From Cercozoa sp. M6MM (taxonomy: Eukaryota; Protista; Endomyxa: Ascetosporea): a stretch of 64,000 bases of DNA. Shown here piece by piece: positions 63,199-64,000 of the stretch. Position 1 is the first letter of the stretch. Every line of letters starts with the position of its first letter. Both the position numbers and the translations under genes were made by a program. The notes beneath the pieces are model-generated. The model had not been told where the DNA came from, did no database searches, and was given only the letters and a program-made list of their open reading frames with translations. The DNA lies in the NCBI GenBank assembly GCA_040357565.1, contig JBDODJ010000021.1. One strand, given 5' to 3'.

Positions 63199-63790
63199 AT
63201 GAAACTGCTGCTTGTCGCCCTTGCCGGTGCATTGTTGTCTCTTTCTGTCCTCGCGGTTTTTCTTGGGTATTCGTTTTTTGGTTGGTGCAGGTCTCGTTGC
63301 GGGTGCCGCCGCGATTGAGCGTCAGCCGGTGGAGCAGGCCCTTCGCCAGGTCGACCACCTGCGCGCCGTAATTCAGTCTCAATTCTCCCGATTTTGTGCG
63401 ATAATTTGTTGCGATAATTTGTTGACCCTGCGCAGATCAACATGCGCCAGGCCGCCATGATCCAGGAGCTCGAGATTCAGCTTGAAGAGCTTCTTCTTGA
63501 CGAGGTACGCAGATTCTGAAGTCACTTCGTTACACTGCTATTGATTTACATGCTTATTTTATTTTTGGTTTTTGTATGTGCAGCAGGACGACGAGGTCTC
63601 TGCCTTCGGCTGGGGTGCTGCCGCCCGTGCGATTGCCGGCGGTGGCTGTGGCGGTAAGTTCGAATTCGTCAGTTCTTCCGTCTGAGTATGACAGTCTGAC
63701 TGATGTTGTGTTGTGGCAGGCGGTGCGCGTGCCGCGCAGGAGGGCCGCAACACTGCGTCGCCTGGCCGTGGCGCTGGCCGTCGCAAGTAA
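63199..63790 (+). CDS. Small secreted prepropeptide (signal peptide, acidic pro-region, Gly/Ala/Arg-rich C-terminal peptide), 5 exons
   Basis: GT-AG splicing gives MKLLLVALAGLVAGAAA IERQPVEQALRQVDHLRAINMRQAAMIQELEIQLEELLLDE(Q)DDEVSA FGWGAAARAIAGGGCGGGARAAQEGRNTASPGRGAGRRK*. Confidence 0.7.
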
Positions 63791-63896
63791 GCAACTCGAC
63801 TCTGGAGTCGGTCGGACCGACGCTGCTGCTGTAACTGAACTGAAGCTTCGCATGATTGTTCCATCCCGATCCGTTCGTTGATATACTAAACTGAAG

Positions 63897-63955
63897 TGAG
63901 TTAGTTAGTTTAGTCTTCTAGTGTAGGAAACCAACTATGTACGGTAGTTCCCCTG
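63897..63955. mobile_element. Short interspersed repeat, copy C (truncated, with two 5-nt insertions)
   Basis: GTTAGTTAGTTTAGTCTTCTA[GTGTA]GGAAACCAACTATGTA[CGGTA]GTTCCCCTG aligns to copies A and B. Confidence 0.8.
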
Positions 63956-64000
63956 TTACAGCATGATCTACTGTGTTACAGCATGATCTACTGTGTTACA
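63954..64000. repeat. 20-bp tandem repeat (TGTTACAGCATGATCTACTG) running off the window end
   Basis: Two perfect units plus 7 bp, starting exactly where repeat copy C is truncated. Confidence 0.85.

Overview
Eukaryotic DNA from a compact, very intron-rich, protist-like genome. The taxon cannot be fixed from the sequence alone. The standard genetic code is used (TAA, TAG and TGA all act as stops), and every intron I could reconstruct is GT-AG, so the six-frame ORF track is mostly exon fragments and repeat artefacts. Manual splicing gives about 21 tightly packed protein genes: a NahK-like APH-family kinase, UTP10/HEATR1, nuclear-encoded mitochondrial rps12, a TPMT-family methyltransferase, CCT5, an RRN7/TAF1B-like protein, DZIP1, a tandem FYVE-like protein, an amino-acid transporter, an HxGH nucleotidyltransferase, an Arc1/AIMP1-like tRNA-binding protein, an Abitram-like protein, a compact MYCBP2-type RING-Cys-relay E3 ligase, glycine decarboxylase P-protein (about 45 introns), three Cys-rich single-pass membrane proteins, several hypotheticals and a small secreted prepropeptide. 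The most unusual signals are: (1) a ~90-bp interspersed repeat found downstream of stop codons, always in the same orientation relative to the upstream gene; (2) TA-xxx-TA insertions between copies of that repeat that look like Tc1/mariner excision footprints and recur in non-coding DNA; (3) strand-biased TTTACCCC/GGGGTAAA and other motif 'dialects' filling mid-gene introns; (4) a GTAC-dominated, degenerate 5' splice site; (5) an antimicrobial- or neuropeptide-like precursor with a Gly-Arg-Arg amidation motif; (6) a mini NZF-RING-TC ubiquitin ligase. All gene models, family assignments and counts are manual; no database search was run.
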